DNA from: Eledone cirrhosa
Taxonomy: Eukaryota
DNA: 64,000 bases
Direction of reading: 5' to 3'
Assembly (NCBI GenBank): GCA_964016885.1
Contig: OZ024742.1
Span: 374,666,001 to 374,730,000, forward strand
The translations under genes and the position numbers were made by a program. Below the pieces are notes generated by a model. The model did no database searches. It was not told where the DNA came from and saw only the letters and a program-made list of their open reading frames with translations. This document shows, piece after piece, positions 19,401 through 34,400 of the stretch; position 1 is the first letter of the stretch, and each line of letters begins with the position of its first letter.

Positions 19401-22400
19401 GGGGATAGACAGCTAAGATGACTGTGTCACTCATAGGACTGTCATGTTCTGGAGATAGACAGCTAAGATGACAGTGTCTCACTCATAGTATTGTCATGTT
19501 CTGGGGATAGACAGACAGCTAGGATGAATGTGTCTCACTCATAGGACTGTCCTGTTCTGGGGACAGACAGCTAAGATGACTGCGTCTCACTCATAGGACT
19601 GTCATTTACTGGGGACAGACAGCTAAGATGAGTGTCTCACTCATAGGACTGTCATGTACTGGGGATAGACAGCTAGGATGACGGTGTCTCACTCATAGCA
19701 CTGTCATGTTCTGGGGGCAGACAGCTAAGATGACTGCGTCTCACTCAGAGGACTGTCATGTCTGGGGATAGACAGCTAAGATGACAGTGTCTCACTCATA
19801 GGACTGTCATGTTCTGGGGATAGACAGCTAAGATGACTGTGTCTCACCCATAAGACTGTCCTATTCTGGAGATAGATAGAGAGCTAAGATGACTGTGTCA
19901 CACTCATAGGACTGTCATGTTTCGGGGATAGACAGCTAAGATGACTGTCTCACTCATAGGTCTGTCATGTTCTGGGGATAGATAGACAGCGAAGATGACT
20001 GTGTCACACTATTAGGACTGTTCATGTTCCGGGAATAGACGGCTACAATGACTGTGTCTCACTGATAGGACTGTCATGTTCTAGGGAGACACAGCTAAGA
20101 TGACTGTCATGTTCTGGGGATAGACAGACAGCTAAGATGACTGTGTCTCACTCATAGGACTGTCATGTTCTGGGGACAGACATACAGCTAAGATGACTGT
20201 GTCTCACTCATAGGACTGTCATGTTCTAGGGACAGACAGACAGCTAAGATGACTGTGTCTCACTCATAGGACTGTCATGTTCTAGGGATAGATAGACAGC
20301 TAAGATGACTGTGTCTCACTCATAGGACTGTCATGTTCTGGGGACAGACAGACAGCTAAGATGACTGTGTCTCACTCATAGGACTGTCATGTTCTGGGGA
20401 CAGACAGACAGCTAAGATGACTGTGTCACACTCATAGGACTGTCATGTTCTGGGGATAGACAGACAGCTAAGATGACTGTGTCTCACTGATAGGACTGTC
20501 ATGTACTGGGGATAGATAGACAGCTAAGGTGACTGTCTCACTGATAGGACTGTCATGTACTGGGGATAGATAGACAGCTAAGATGACTGTCTCACTGATA
20601 GGACTGTCCTGTTCTGGGGATAGACAGACAGCTAAGATGACTGTCTCACTGATAGGACTGTCATGTTCTGGGGATAGACAGACAGCTAAGATGACTGTGT
20701 CTCACTCATAGGACTGTCATGTACTGGGGATAGATAGACAGCTAAGGTGACTGTCTCACTGATAGGACTGTCATGTACTGGGGATAGATAGACAGCTAAG
20801 ATGACAGTCTCACTGATAGGACTGTCCTGTTCTGGGGATAGACAGACAGCTAAGATGACTGTCTCACTGATAGGACTGTCATGTTCTGGGGATAGACAGA
20901 CAGCTAAGATGACTGTCTCACTGATAGGACTGTCATGTTCAGGGGATAGACAGCTAAGATGGCTGCGTCTCACTCATAGGACTGTCATGTTCTGGGGACA
21001 GACAGCTAAGATGACTGTCATGTACTGGGGAGAGACAGCTAAGATGACAGTGTCTCACTCATAGGACTGTCCTGTTCTGGGGACAGACAGACAGCTAAGA
21101 TGACTGTGTCTCACTCATAGGACTGTCTTTTTCTGGGGATAGACAGCTAAGATGACTGTGTCTCACTCACAGGACTGTCATGTTCTGGAGATAGATAGAC
21201 AGCTAAGATGACTGTCTCACTCATAGGACTGTCATGTTCTGGAGAGACACAGCTAAGATGACTGTGTCTCACTCATAGGACTGTCATGTTCTGTTGACAG
21301 ACAGACAGCTAAGATGACTGTGTCTCACTCATAGGACTGTCATGTACTGGGGATAGATAGACAGCTAAGATGACAGTGTCTCACTGATAGGACTGTCATG
21401 TTCTAGGGACAGACAGACAGCTAAGATGACTGTGTCTCACTGATAGGACTGTCATGTTCTGGGGATAGATAGACAGCTAAGATGACTGTGTCTCACTGAT
21501 AGGACTGTCCTGTTCTGGGGATAGACAGACAGCTAAGATGACTGTCTCACTCATAGGACTGTCATGTTCTGGGGATAGATAGACAGCTAAGATGACTGTG
21601 TCTCACTGATAGGACTGTCATGTTCTGGGGACAGACAGACAGCTAAGATGACTGTCACACTCATAGGACTGTCCTGTTCTGGGGATAGACAGCTAAGATG
21701 GCTGCGTCTCACTCATAGGACTGTCATGTTCTGGGGACAGACAGCTAAGATGACTGTGTCTCACTCATAGGACTGTCATGTACTGGGGACAGACAGACAG
21801 CTAAGATGACTGTGTCTCACTCATAGGACTGTCTTTTTCTGGGGATAGACAGCTAAGATGACTGTGTCTCACTCATAGGACTGTCATGTTCTGGAGAGAC
21901 ACAGCTAAGATGACTGTGTCTCACTCATAGGACTGTCATGTTCTGGGGACAGACAGACAGCTAAGATGACTGTGTCTCACTCATAATACTGTCATCTTCT
22001 GGGGACAGACAGACAGCTAAGATGACTGTGTCTCACTCATAGGACTGTCATGTTCTGGGGACAGACAGACAGCTAAGATGACTGTGTCTCACTCATAGTA
22101 CTGTCATGTTCTGGGGACAGACAGACAGCTAAGATGACTGTGTCTCACTCATAGGACTGTCATGTTCTGGAGACAGACAGACAGCTAAGATGACTGTGTC
22201 TCACTCATAGGACTGTCATGTTCTGGGGTTAGACAGCTAAGATGAATGTGTCTCACTCATAGGACTGTCATGTTGTTGCGATAGACAGCTAAGATGACTA
22301 TCACACTCATAGGACTGTCCTGTTCTGGGGATAGACAGCTAAGATGACTGTGTCACTCATAGGACTGTCATGTTCTGGGGATAGACAGATAAGATGTCTG

Positions 22401-25400
22401 TGTCTCACTCATAGGACTGTCATGTTCTGGGGATAGACAGACAGCTAAGATGACTGAGTCTCACTCATAGGACTGTCATGTTCTGGAGAGAGACAGACAG
22501 CTAAGATGACTGTGTCTCACTCATAGGACTGTCATGTTCTGGGGATAGACAGACAGCTAAGATGACTGTCTCACTCATAGGACTATCATGTACTGGGGAT
22601 AGACAGCTAAGATGGCTGCGTCTCACTCATAGGACTGTCATGTACTGGGGACAGACAGCTAAGATGACAGTGTCTCACTCATAGGACTGTCCTGTTCTGG
22701 GGACAGACAGAGAGCTAAGATGACTGTGTCTCACTCATAGGACTGTCTTTTTCTGGGGATAGACAGCTAAGATGACTGTGTCTCACTCATAGGACTGTCA
22801 TGTTCTGGAGAGACACAGCTAAGATGACTGTGTCTCACTGATAGGACTGTCATGTTCTGGGGATAGACAGACAGCTAGGATGAATGTGTCTCACTCATAG
22901 GACTGTCCTGTTCTGGGGACAGACAGCTAAGATGACTGCGTCTCACTGATAGGACTGTCATGTTCTGGGGATAGACAGCTAGGATGACTGTCTCACTCAT
23001 AGGATTGTCATGTACTGGGGATAGACAGCTAGGATGACGGTGTCTCACTCAGAGGACTGTCATGTCTGGGGATAGACAGCTAAGATGACAGTGTCTCACT
23101 CATAGGACTGTCATGTTCTGGGGATAGACAGCTAAGATGACAGTGTCTCACTCATAGGACTGTCATGTTCTGGGGATAGAGAGCTAAGATGACTGTGTCA
23201 CACTCATAGGACTGTCATGTTTCGGGGATAGACAGCTAAGATGACTGTCTCACTCATAGGTCTGTCATGTTCTGGGGATAGACAGCTAAGATGACTGTCT
23301 CACTCACAGGACTGTCATGTTCTGGGGACAGACATACAGCTAAGATGACTGTGTCTCACTGATAGGACTGTCATGTTCTAGGGAGACACAGCTAAGATGA
23401 CTGTGTCACACTCTTAGGACTGTTCATGTTCCGGGAATAGACGGCTACGATGACTGTGTCTCACTCATAGGACTGTCATGTTCTGGGGACAGACAGACAG
23501 CTAAGATGACTGTGTCTCACTCATAGGACTGTCATGTTCTGGGGACAGACAGACAGCTAAGATGACTGTGTCTCACTGATAGGACTGTCATGTTCTGGGG
23601 ACAGACAGACAGCTAAGATGACTGTGTCTCACTGATAGGACTGTCATGTTCTGGGGATAGATAGACAGCTAAGATGACTGTGTCACACTCATAGGACTGT
23701 CATGTTCTGGGGATAGACAGCTAAGATGACTGTGTCTCACTCATAGGACTGTCATGTTCTGGGGATAGACAGACAGCTAAGATGACTGTGTCTCACTCAT
23801 AGGACTGTCATGTTCTGGGGATAGATAGACAGCTAAGATGACTGTGTCTCACTGATAGGACTGTCATGTTCTGGGGATAGATAGACAGCTAAGATGACTG
23901 TGTCTCACTGATAGGACTGTCCTGTTCTGGGGATAGACAGACAGCTAAGATGACTGTCTCACTCATAGGACTGTCATGTTCTGGGGATAGATAGACAGCT
24001 AAGATGACTGTGTCTCACTGATAGGACTGTCATGTTCTGGGGACAGACAGACAGCTAAGATGACTGTCACACTCATAGGACTGTCCTGTTCTGGGGATAG
24101 ACAGCTAAGATGGCTGCGTCTCACTCATAGGACTGTCATGTTCTGGGGACAGACAGCTAAGATGACTGTGTCTCACTCATAGGACTGTCATGTACTGGGG
24201 ACAGACAGACAGCTAAGATGACTGTGTCTCACTCATAGGACTGTCTTTTTCTGGGGATAGACAGCTAAGATGACTGTGTCTCACTCATAGGACTGTCATG
24301 TTCTGGAGAGACACAGCTAAGATGACTGTGTCTCACTCATAGGACTGTCATGTTCTGGGGACAGACAGACAGCTAAGATGACTGTGTCTCACTCATAATA
24401 CTGTCATGTTCTGGGGACAGACAGACAGCTAAGATGACTGTGTCTCACTCATAGGACTGTCATGTTCTGGGGACAGACAGACAGCTAAGATGACTGTGTC
24501 TCACTCATAGTACTGTCATGTTCTGGGGACAGACAGACAGCTAAGATGACTGTGTCTCACTCATAGGACTGTCATGTTCTGGGGACAGACAGACAGCTAA
24601 GATGACTGTGTCTCACTCATAGGACTGTCATGTTCTGGGGTTAGACAGCTAAGATGAATGTGTCTCACTCATAGGACTGTCATGTTGTTGCGATAGACAG
24701 CTAAGATGACTATCACACTCATAGGACTGTCCTGTTCTGGGGATAGACAGCTAAGATGACTGTGTCACTCATAGGACTGTCATGTTCTGGGGATAGACAG
24801 ATAAGATGTCTGTGTCTCACTCATAGGACTGTCATGTTCTGGGGATAGACAGACAGCTAAGATGACTGAGTCTCACTCATAGGACTGTCATGTTCTGGAG
24901 AGAGACAGACAGCTAAGATGACTGTGTCTCACTCATAGGACTGTCATGTTCTGGGGATAGACAGCTAAGATGACTGTGTCTCACTCATAGGACTGTCATG
25001 TTCTGGGGATAGACAGACAGCTAAGATGACTGTCTCACTCATAGGACTATCATGTACTGGGGATAGACAGCTAAGATGGCTGCGTCTCACTCATAGGACT
25101 GTCATGTACTGGGGACAGACAGCTAAGATGACTGTGTCTCACTCATAGGACTGTCATGTTCTGGGAATAGATAGACAGCTAAGATGACTGTGTCTCACTC
25201 ATAGGACTGTCATGTTCTGGGGATAGACAGACAGCTAAGATGACTGTGTCTCACTGATAGGACTGTCATGTTCTGGGGATAGACAGACAGCTAAGATGAC
25301 TGTGTCTCACTCATAGGACTGTCATGTTCTGGGGATAGACAGACAGCTAAGATGACTGTGTCTCACTCATAGGACTGTCATGTTCTGGGGATAGATAGAC

Positions 25401-28400
25401 AGCTAAGATGACTGTGTCACACTCATAGGACTGTCATGTTCTGGGGATAGATAGACAGCTAAGATGACTGTGTCTCACTCATAGGACTGTCATGTTCTGG
25501 GGATAGACAGACAGCTAAGATGACTGTGTCTCACTGATAGGACTGTCATGTTCTGGGGATAGACAGACAGCTAAGATGACTGTGTCTCACTCATAGGACT
25601 GTCATGTTCTGGGGATAGATAGACAGCTAAGATGACTGTGTCACACTCATAGGATTGTCATGTTCTGGGGATAGATAGACAGCTAAGATGACCGTGTCTC
25701 ACTCATAGGACTGTCATGTTCTGGGGATAGACAGACAGCTAAGATGACTGTGTCTCACTCATAGGACTGTCATGTTCTGGGGATAGATAGACAGCTAAGA
25801 TGACTGTGTCTCACTCATAGGACTGTCCTGTTCTGGGGACAGACAGAGAGCTAAGATGACTGTGTCTCACTCATAGGACTGTCTTTTTCTGGGGATAGAC
25901 AGCTAAGATGACTGTGTCTCACTCATAGGACTGTCATGTTCTGGAGAGACACAGCTAAGATGACTGTGTCTCACTGATAGGACTGTCATGTTCTGGGGAT
26001 AGACAGACAGCTAGGATGAATGTGTCTCACTCATAGGACTGTCCTGTTCTGGGGACAGACAGCTAAGATGACTGCGTCTCACTCATAGGACTGTCATTTA
26101 ATGGGGACAGACAGCTAAGATGACTGTCTCACTCATAGGATTGTCATGTACTGGGGATAGACAGCTAGGATGACGGTGTCTCACTCAGAGGACTGTCATG
26201 TCTGGGGATAGACAGCTAAGATGACAGTGTCTCACTCATAGGACTGTCATGTTCTGGGGATAGAGAGCTAAGATGACTGTGTCACACTCATAGGACTGTC
26301 ATGTTTCGGGGATAGACAGCTAAGATGACTGTCTCACTCATAGGTCTGTCATGTTCTGGGGATAGACAGCTAAGATGACTGTCTCACTCACAGGACTGTC
26401 ATGTTCTGGGGACAGACATACAGCTAAGATGACTGTGTCTCACTGATAGGACTGTCATGTTCTAGGGAGATACAGCTAAGATGACTGTGTCACACTCTTA
26501 GGACTGTTCATGTTCCGGGAATAGACGGCTACGATGACTGTGTCTCACTCATAGGACTGTCATGTTCTGGGGACAGACAGACAGCTAAGATGACTGTGTC
26601 TCACTCATAGGACTGTCATGTTCTGGGGACAGACAGACAGCTAAGATGACTGTGTCTCACTGATAGGACTGTCATGTTCTGGGGACAGACAGACAGCTAA
26701 GATGACTGTGTCTCACTGATAGTACTGTCATGTTCTGGGGATAGATAGACAGCTAAGATGACTGTGTCACACTCATAGGACTGTCATGTTCTGGGGATAG
26801 ACAGCTAAGATGACTGTGTCTCACTCATAGGACTGTCATGTTCTGGGGATAGACAGACAGCTAAGATGACTGTGTCTCACTCATAGGACTGTCATGTTCT
26901 GGGGATAGATAGACAGCTAAGATGACTGTCTCACTCATAGGACTGTCATGTTCTGGGGATAGACAGACAGCTAAGATGACTGTGTCTCACTGATAGGACT
27001 GTCATGTTCTGGGGATAGACAGACAGCTAAGATGACTGTGTCTCACTCATAGGACTGTCATGTTCTGGGGATAGATAGACAGCTAAGATGACTGTGTCTC
27101 ACTGATAGGACTGTCATGTTCTGGGGATAGATAGACAGCTAAGATGACTGTGTCTCACTCATAGGACTGTCCTGTTCTGGGGACAGACAGCTAAGATGAC
27201 TGTCTCACTCATAGGACTGTCATGTACTGGGGATAGACAGCTAGGATGACGGTGTCTCACTCATAGCACTGTCATGTTCTGGGGGCAGACAGCTAAGATG
27301 ACTGTGTCTCACTCATAGGACTGTCATTTTCTTGGGATAGACAGCTAAGACGACTGTGTCTCACTCATAGGACTGTCATGTTCTGGGGACAGACAGACAG
27401 CTAAGATGACTGTGTCACACTCATAGGACTGTCATGTTCTGGGGATAGATAGACAGCTAAGATGACTGTGTCTCACTCATAGGACTGTCATGTTCTGGGG
27501 ATAGACAGACAGCTAAGATGACTGTGTCTCACTGATAGGACTGTCATGTTCTGGGGACAGACACACAGCTAAGATGACTGTCACACTCATAGGACTGTCC
27601 TGTTCTGGGGATAGACAGATAAGATGACTGTGTCTCACTCATAGGAGTCATCTTCTGGGGATAGACAGACAGCTAAGATGACTGTCTCACTCATAGGACT
27701 GTCATGTACTTGGGATAGACAGCTAAGATGGCTGCGTCTCACTCATAGGACTGTCCTGTTCTGGGGACAGACAGCTAAGATGAATGTCTCACTCATAGGA
27801 CTGTCATGTACTGGGGATAGACATCTAAGATGGCTGCGTCTCACTCATAGGACTGTCATGTTCTAGGGAGACACAGCTAAGATGACTGTGTCTCACTCAT
27901 AGGACTGTCATGTTCTGGGGACAGACAGACAGCTAAGATGACTGTGTCTCACTGATAGGACTGTCATGTTCTGGGGATAGACAGACAGCTAAGATGACTG
28001 TGTCTCACTGATAGGACTGTCATGTTCTGGGGATAGACAGACAGCTAAGATGACTGTGTCTCACTGATAGGACTGTCATGTTCTGGGGATAGACAGACAG
28101 CTAAGATGACTGTCTCACTCATAAGACTGTCATGTTCTGGGGATAGATAGACAGCTAAGATGACTGTGTCTCACTCATAGGACTGTCATGTTCTGGGGAT
28201 AGACAGCTAAGATGACTGTGTCTCACTGATAGGACTGTCATGTTCTGGGGATAGATAGACAGCTAAGATGACTGTGTCACACTCATAGGACTGTCATGTT
28301 CTGGGGATAGACAGCTAAGATGACTGTGTCTCACTCATAGGACTGTCATGTTCTGGGGATAGACAGACAGCTAAGATGACTGTGTCTCACTCATAGGACT

Positions 28401-31400
28401 GTCATGTTCTGGGGATAGATAGACAGCTAAGATGACTGTCTCACTCATAGGACTGTCATGTTCTGGGGACAGACAGACAGCTAAGATGACTGTGTCTCAC
28501 TGATTGGACTGTCATGTTCTGGGGATAGACAGACAGCTAAGATGACTGTGTCTCACTCATAGGACTGTCATGTTCTGGGGATAGATAGACAGCTAAGATG
28601 ACTGTGTCTCACTCATAGGACTGTCATGTTCTGGAGATAGACGGCTAAGATGACTGTCTCACTCATAGGACTGTCATGTACTGGGGATAGATAGACAGCG
28701 AAGATGACTGTGTCACACTCATAGGACTGTCATGTTCTGGGGACAGACAAACAGCTAAGATGACTGTGTCTCACTGATAGGACTGTCATGTTCTAGGGAG
28801 ACACAGCTAAGATGACTGTGTCTCACTCATAGGACTGTCATGTTCTGGGGATAGATCGACAGCTAAGATGACTGTGTCTCACTCATAGGACTGTCATGTT
28901 CTGGGGACAGACAGACAGCTAAGATGACTGTGTCTCACTGATAGGACTGTCATGTTCTGGGGATAGACAGACAGCTAAGATGACTGTGTCTCACTGATAG
29001 GACTGTCATGTTCTGGGGATAGACAGACAGCTAAGATGACTGTCTCACTCATAGGACTGTCATGTTCTGGGGATAGATAGACAGCTAAGATGACTGTGTC
29101 TCACTCATAGGACTGTCATGTTCTGGGGATAGACAGCTAAGATGACTGTGTCTCACTGATAGGACTGTCATGTTCTGGGGATAGACAGACAGCTAAGATG
29201 ACTGTGTCTCACTCATAGGACTGTCATGTTCTGGGGATAGATAGACAGCTAAGATGACTGTGTCTCACTCATAGGACTGTCATGTTCTGGGGATAGATAG
29301 ACAGCTAAGATGACTGTGTCACACTCATAGGACTGTCATGTTCTGGGGATAGATAGACAGCTAAGATGACTGTGTCTCACTCATAGGACTGTCATGTTCT
29401 GGGGATAGACAGACAGCTAAGATGACTGTGTCTCACTGATAGGACTGTCATGTTCTGGGGATAGACAGACAGCTAAGATGACTGTGTCTCACTCATAGGA
29501 CTGTCATGTTCTGGGGATAGATAGACAGCTAAGATGACTGTGTCACACTCATAGGATTGTCATGTTCTGGGGATAGATAGACAGCTAAGATGACCGTGTC
29601 TCACTCATAGGACTGTCATGTTCTGGGGATAGACAGACAGCTAAGATGACTGTGTCTCACTCATAGGACTGTCATGTTCTGGGGATAGATAGACAGCTAA
29701 GATGACTGTGTCTCACTCATAGGACTGTCCTGTTCTGGGGACAGACAGAGAGCTAAGATGACTGTGTCTCACTCATAGGACTGTCTTTTTCTGGGGATAG
29801 ACAGCTAAGATGACTGTGTCTCACTCATAGGACTGTCATGTTCTGGAGAGACACAGCTAAGATGACTGTGTCTCACTGATAGGACTGTCATGTTCTGGGG
29901 ATAGACAGACAGCTAGGATGAATGTGTCTCACTCATAGGACTGTCCTGTTCTGGGGACAGACAGCTAAGATGACTGCGTCTCACTCATAGGACTGTCATT
30001 TAATGGGGACAGACAGCTAAGATGACTGTCTCACTCATAGGATTGTCATGTACTGGGGATAGACAGCTAGGATGACGGTGTCTCACTCAGAGGACTGTCA
30101 TGTCTGGGGATAGACAGCTAAGATGACAGTGTCTCACTCATAGGACTGTCATGTTCTGGGGATAGAGAGCTAAGATGACTGTGTCACACTCATAGGACTG
30201 TCATGTTTCGGGGATAGACAGCTAAGATGACTGTCTCACTCATAGGTCTGTCATGTTCTGGGGATAGACAGCTAAGATGACTGTCTCACTCACAGGACTG
30301 TCATGTTCTGGGGACAGACATACAGCTAAGATGACTGTGTCTCACTGATAGGACTGTCATGTTCTAGGGAGACACAGCTAAGATGACTGTGTCACACTCT
30401 TAGGACTGTTCATGTTCCGGGAATAGACGGCTACGATGACTGTGTCTCACTCATAGGACTGTCATGTTCTGGGGACAGACAGACAGCTAAGATGACTGTG
30501 TCTCACTCATAGGACTGTCATGTTCTGGGGACAGACAGACAGCTAAGATGACTGTGTCTCACTGATAGGACTGTCATGTTCTGGGGACAGACAGACAGCT
30601 AAGATGACTGTGTCTCACTGATAGGACTGTCATGTTCTGGGGATAGATAGACAGCTAAGATGACTGTGTCACACTCATAGGACTGTCATGTTCTGGGGAT
30701 AGACAGCTAAGATGACTGTGTCTCACTCATAGGACTGTCATGTTCTGGGGATAGACAGACAGCTAAGATGACTGTGTCTCACTCATAGGACTGTCATGTT
30801 CTGGGGATAGATAGACAGCTAAGATGACTGTCTCACTCATAGGACTGTCATGTTCTGGGGATAGACAGACAGCTAAGATGACTGTGTCTCACTGATAGGA
30901 CTGTCATGTTCTGGGGATAGACAGACAGCTAAGATGACTGTGTCTCACTCATAGGACTGTCATGTTCTGGGGATAGATAGACAGCTAAGATGACTGTGTC
31001 TCACTGATAGGACTGTCATGTTCTGGGGATAGATAGACAGCTAAGATGACTGTGTCTCACTCATAGGACTGTCCTGTTCTGGGGACAGACAGCTAAGATG
31101 ACTGTCTCACTCATAGGACTGTCATGTACTGGGGATAGACAGCTAGGATGACGGTGTCTCACTCATAGCACTGTCATGTTCTGGGGGCAGACAGCTAAGA
31201 TGACTGTGTCTCACTCATAGGACTGTCATTTTCTTGGGATAGACAGCTAAGACGACTGTGTCTCACTCATAGGACTGTCATGTTCTGGGGACAGACAGAC
31301 AGCTAAGATGACTGTGTCACACTCATAGGACTGTCATGTTCTGGGGATAGATAGACAGCTAAGATGACTGTGTCTCACTCATAGGACTGTCATGTTCTGG

Positions 31401-34400
31401 GGATAGACAGACAGCTAAGATGACTGTGTCTCACTGATAGGACTGTCATGTTCTGGGGACAGACACACAGCTAAGATGACTGTCACACTCATAGGACTGT
31501 CCTGTTCTGGGGATAGACAGATAAGATGACTGTGTCTCACTCATAGGAGTCATCTTCTGGGGATAGACAGACAGCTAAGATGACTGTCTCACTCATAGGA
31601 CTGTCATGTACTTGGGATAGACAGCTAAGATGGCTGCGTCTCACTCATAGGACTGTCCTGTTCTGGGGACAGACAGCTAAGATGAATGTCTCACTCATAG
31701 GACTGTCATGTACTGGGGATAGACATCTAAGATGGCTGCGTCTCACTCATAGGACTGTCATGTTCTAGGGAGACACAGCTAAGATGACTGTGTCTCACTC
31801 ATAGGACTGTCATGTTCTGGGGACAGACAGACAGCTAAGATGACTGTGTCTCACTGATAGGACTGTCATGTTCTGGGGATAGACAGACAGCTAAGATGAC
31901 TGTGTCTCACTGATAGGACTGTCATGTTCTGGGGATAGACAGACAGCTAAGATGACTGTGTCTCACTGATAGGACTGTCATGTTCTGGGGATAGACAGAC
32001 AGCTAAGATGACTGTCTCACTCATAAGACTGTCATGTTCTGGGGATAGATAGACAGCTAAGATGACTGTGTCTCACTCATAGGACTGTCATGTTCTGGGG
32101 ATAGACAGCTAAGATGACTGTGTCTCACTGATAGGACTGTCATGTTCTGGGGATAGATAGACAGCTAAGATGACTGTGTCACACTCATAGGACTGTCATG
32201 TTCTGGGGATAGACAGCTAAGATGACTGTGTCTCACTCATAGGACTGTCATGTTCTGGGGATAGACAGACAGCTAAGATGACTGTGTCTCACTCATAGGA
32301 CTGTCATGTTCTGGGGATAGATAGACAGCTAAGATGACTGTCTCACTCATAGGACTGTCATGTTCTGGGGACAGACAGACAGCTAAGATGACTGTGTCTC
32401 ACTGATTGGACTGTCATGTTCTGGGGATAGACAGACAGCTAAGATGACTGTGTCTCACTCATAGGACTGTCATGTTCTGGGGATAGATAGACAGCTAAGA
32501 TGACTGTGTCTCACTCATAGGACTGTCATGTTCTGGAGATAGACGGCTAAGATGACTGTCTCACTCATAGGACTGTCATGTACTGGGGATAGATAGACAG
32601 CGAAGATGACTGTGTCACACTCATAGGACTGTCATGTTCTGGGGACAGACAAACAGCTAAGATGACTGTGTCTCACTGATAGGACTGTCATGTTCTAGGG
32701 AGACACAGCTAAGATGACTGTGTCTCACTCATAGGACTGTCATGTTCTGGGGATAGATCGACAGCTAAGATGACTGTGTCTCACTCATAGGACTGTCATG
32801 TTCTGGGGACAGACAGACAGCTAAGATGACTGTGTCTCACTGATAGGACTGTCATGTTCTGGGGATAGACAGACAGCTAAGATGACTGTGTCTCACTGAT
32901 AGGACTGTCATGTTCTGGGGATAGACAGACAGCTAAGATGACTGTCTCACTCATAGGACTGTCATGTTCTGGGGATAGATAGACAGCTAAGATGACTGTG
33001 TCTCACTCATAGGACTGTCATGTTCTGGGGATAGACAGCTAAGATGACTGTGTCTCACTGATAGGACTGTCATGTTCTGGGGATAGATAAACAGCTAAGA
33101 TGACTGTGTCTCACTCATAGGACTGTCATGTTCTGGGGATAGACAGCTAAGATGACTGTGTCTCACTGATAGGACTGTCATGTTCTGGGGATAGATAGAC
33201 AGCTAAGATGACTGTGTCACACTCATAGGACTGTCATGTTCTGGGGATAGACAGCTAAGATGACTGTGTCTCACTCATAGGACTGTCATGTTCTGGGGAT
33301 AGACAGACAGCTAAGATGACTGTGTCTCACTCATAGGACTGTCATGTTCTGGGGATAGATAGACAGCTAAGATGACTGTCTCACTCATAGGACTGTCATG
33401 TTCTGGGGATAGACAGACAGCTAAGATGACTGTGTCTCACTGATAGGACTGTCATGTTCTGGGGATAGACAGACAGCTAAGATGACTGTGTCTCACTCAT
33501 AGGACTGTCATGTTCTGGGGATAGATAGACAGCTAAGATGACTGTGTCTCACTGATAGGACTGTCTTGTTCTGGGGATAGATAGACAGCTAAGATGACTG
33601 TGTCTCACTCATAGGACTGTCATGTTCTGGGGATAGATAGACAGCTAAGAGTACTGTGTCACACTCATAGGACTGTCATGTTCTGGGGATAGACAGACAG
33701 CTAAGATGACTGTCTCACTCATAGGACTGTCATGTTCTGGGGATAGACAGACAGCTAAGATGACTGTGTCTCTCTGATAGGACTGTCATGTTCTGGGGAT
33801 AGACAGACAGCTAAGATGACTGTGTCTCACTCATAGGACTGTCATGTTCTGGGGATAGATAGACAGCTAAGATGACTGTGTCTCACTCATAGGACTGTCA
33901 TGTTCTGGGGATAGATAGACAGCTAAGATGACTGTGTCTCACTCATAGGACTGTCATGTTCTGGGGATAGACACACAGCTAAGATGACTGTGTCTCACTC
34001 ATAGGACTGTCATGTTCTGGGGATAGATAGACAGCTAAGATGACTGTGTCACACTCATAGGACTGTCATGTTCTGGGGATAGATAGACAGCTAAGATGAC
34101 TGTCTCACTCATAGGACTGTCATGTTCTGGGAATAGATAGACAGCTAAGATGACTGTGTCTCACTCATAGGACTGTCATGTTCTGGGGATAGACAGACAG
34201 CTAAGATGACTGTGTCTCACTGATAGGACTGTCATGTTCTGGGGATAGACAGACAGCTAAGATGACTGTGTCTCACTCATAGGACTGTCATGTTCTGGGG
34301 ATAGATAGACAGCTAAGATGACTGTGTCACACTCATAGGACTGTCATGTTCTGGGGATAGATAGACAGCTAAGATGACTGTGTCTCACTCATAGAACTGT

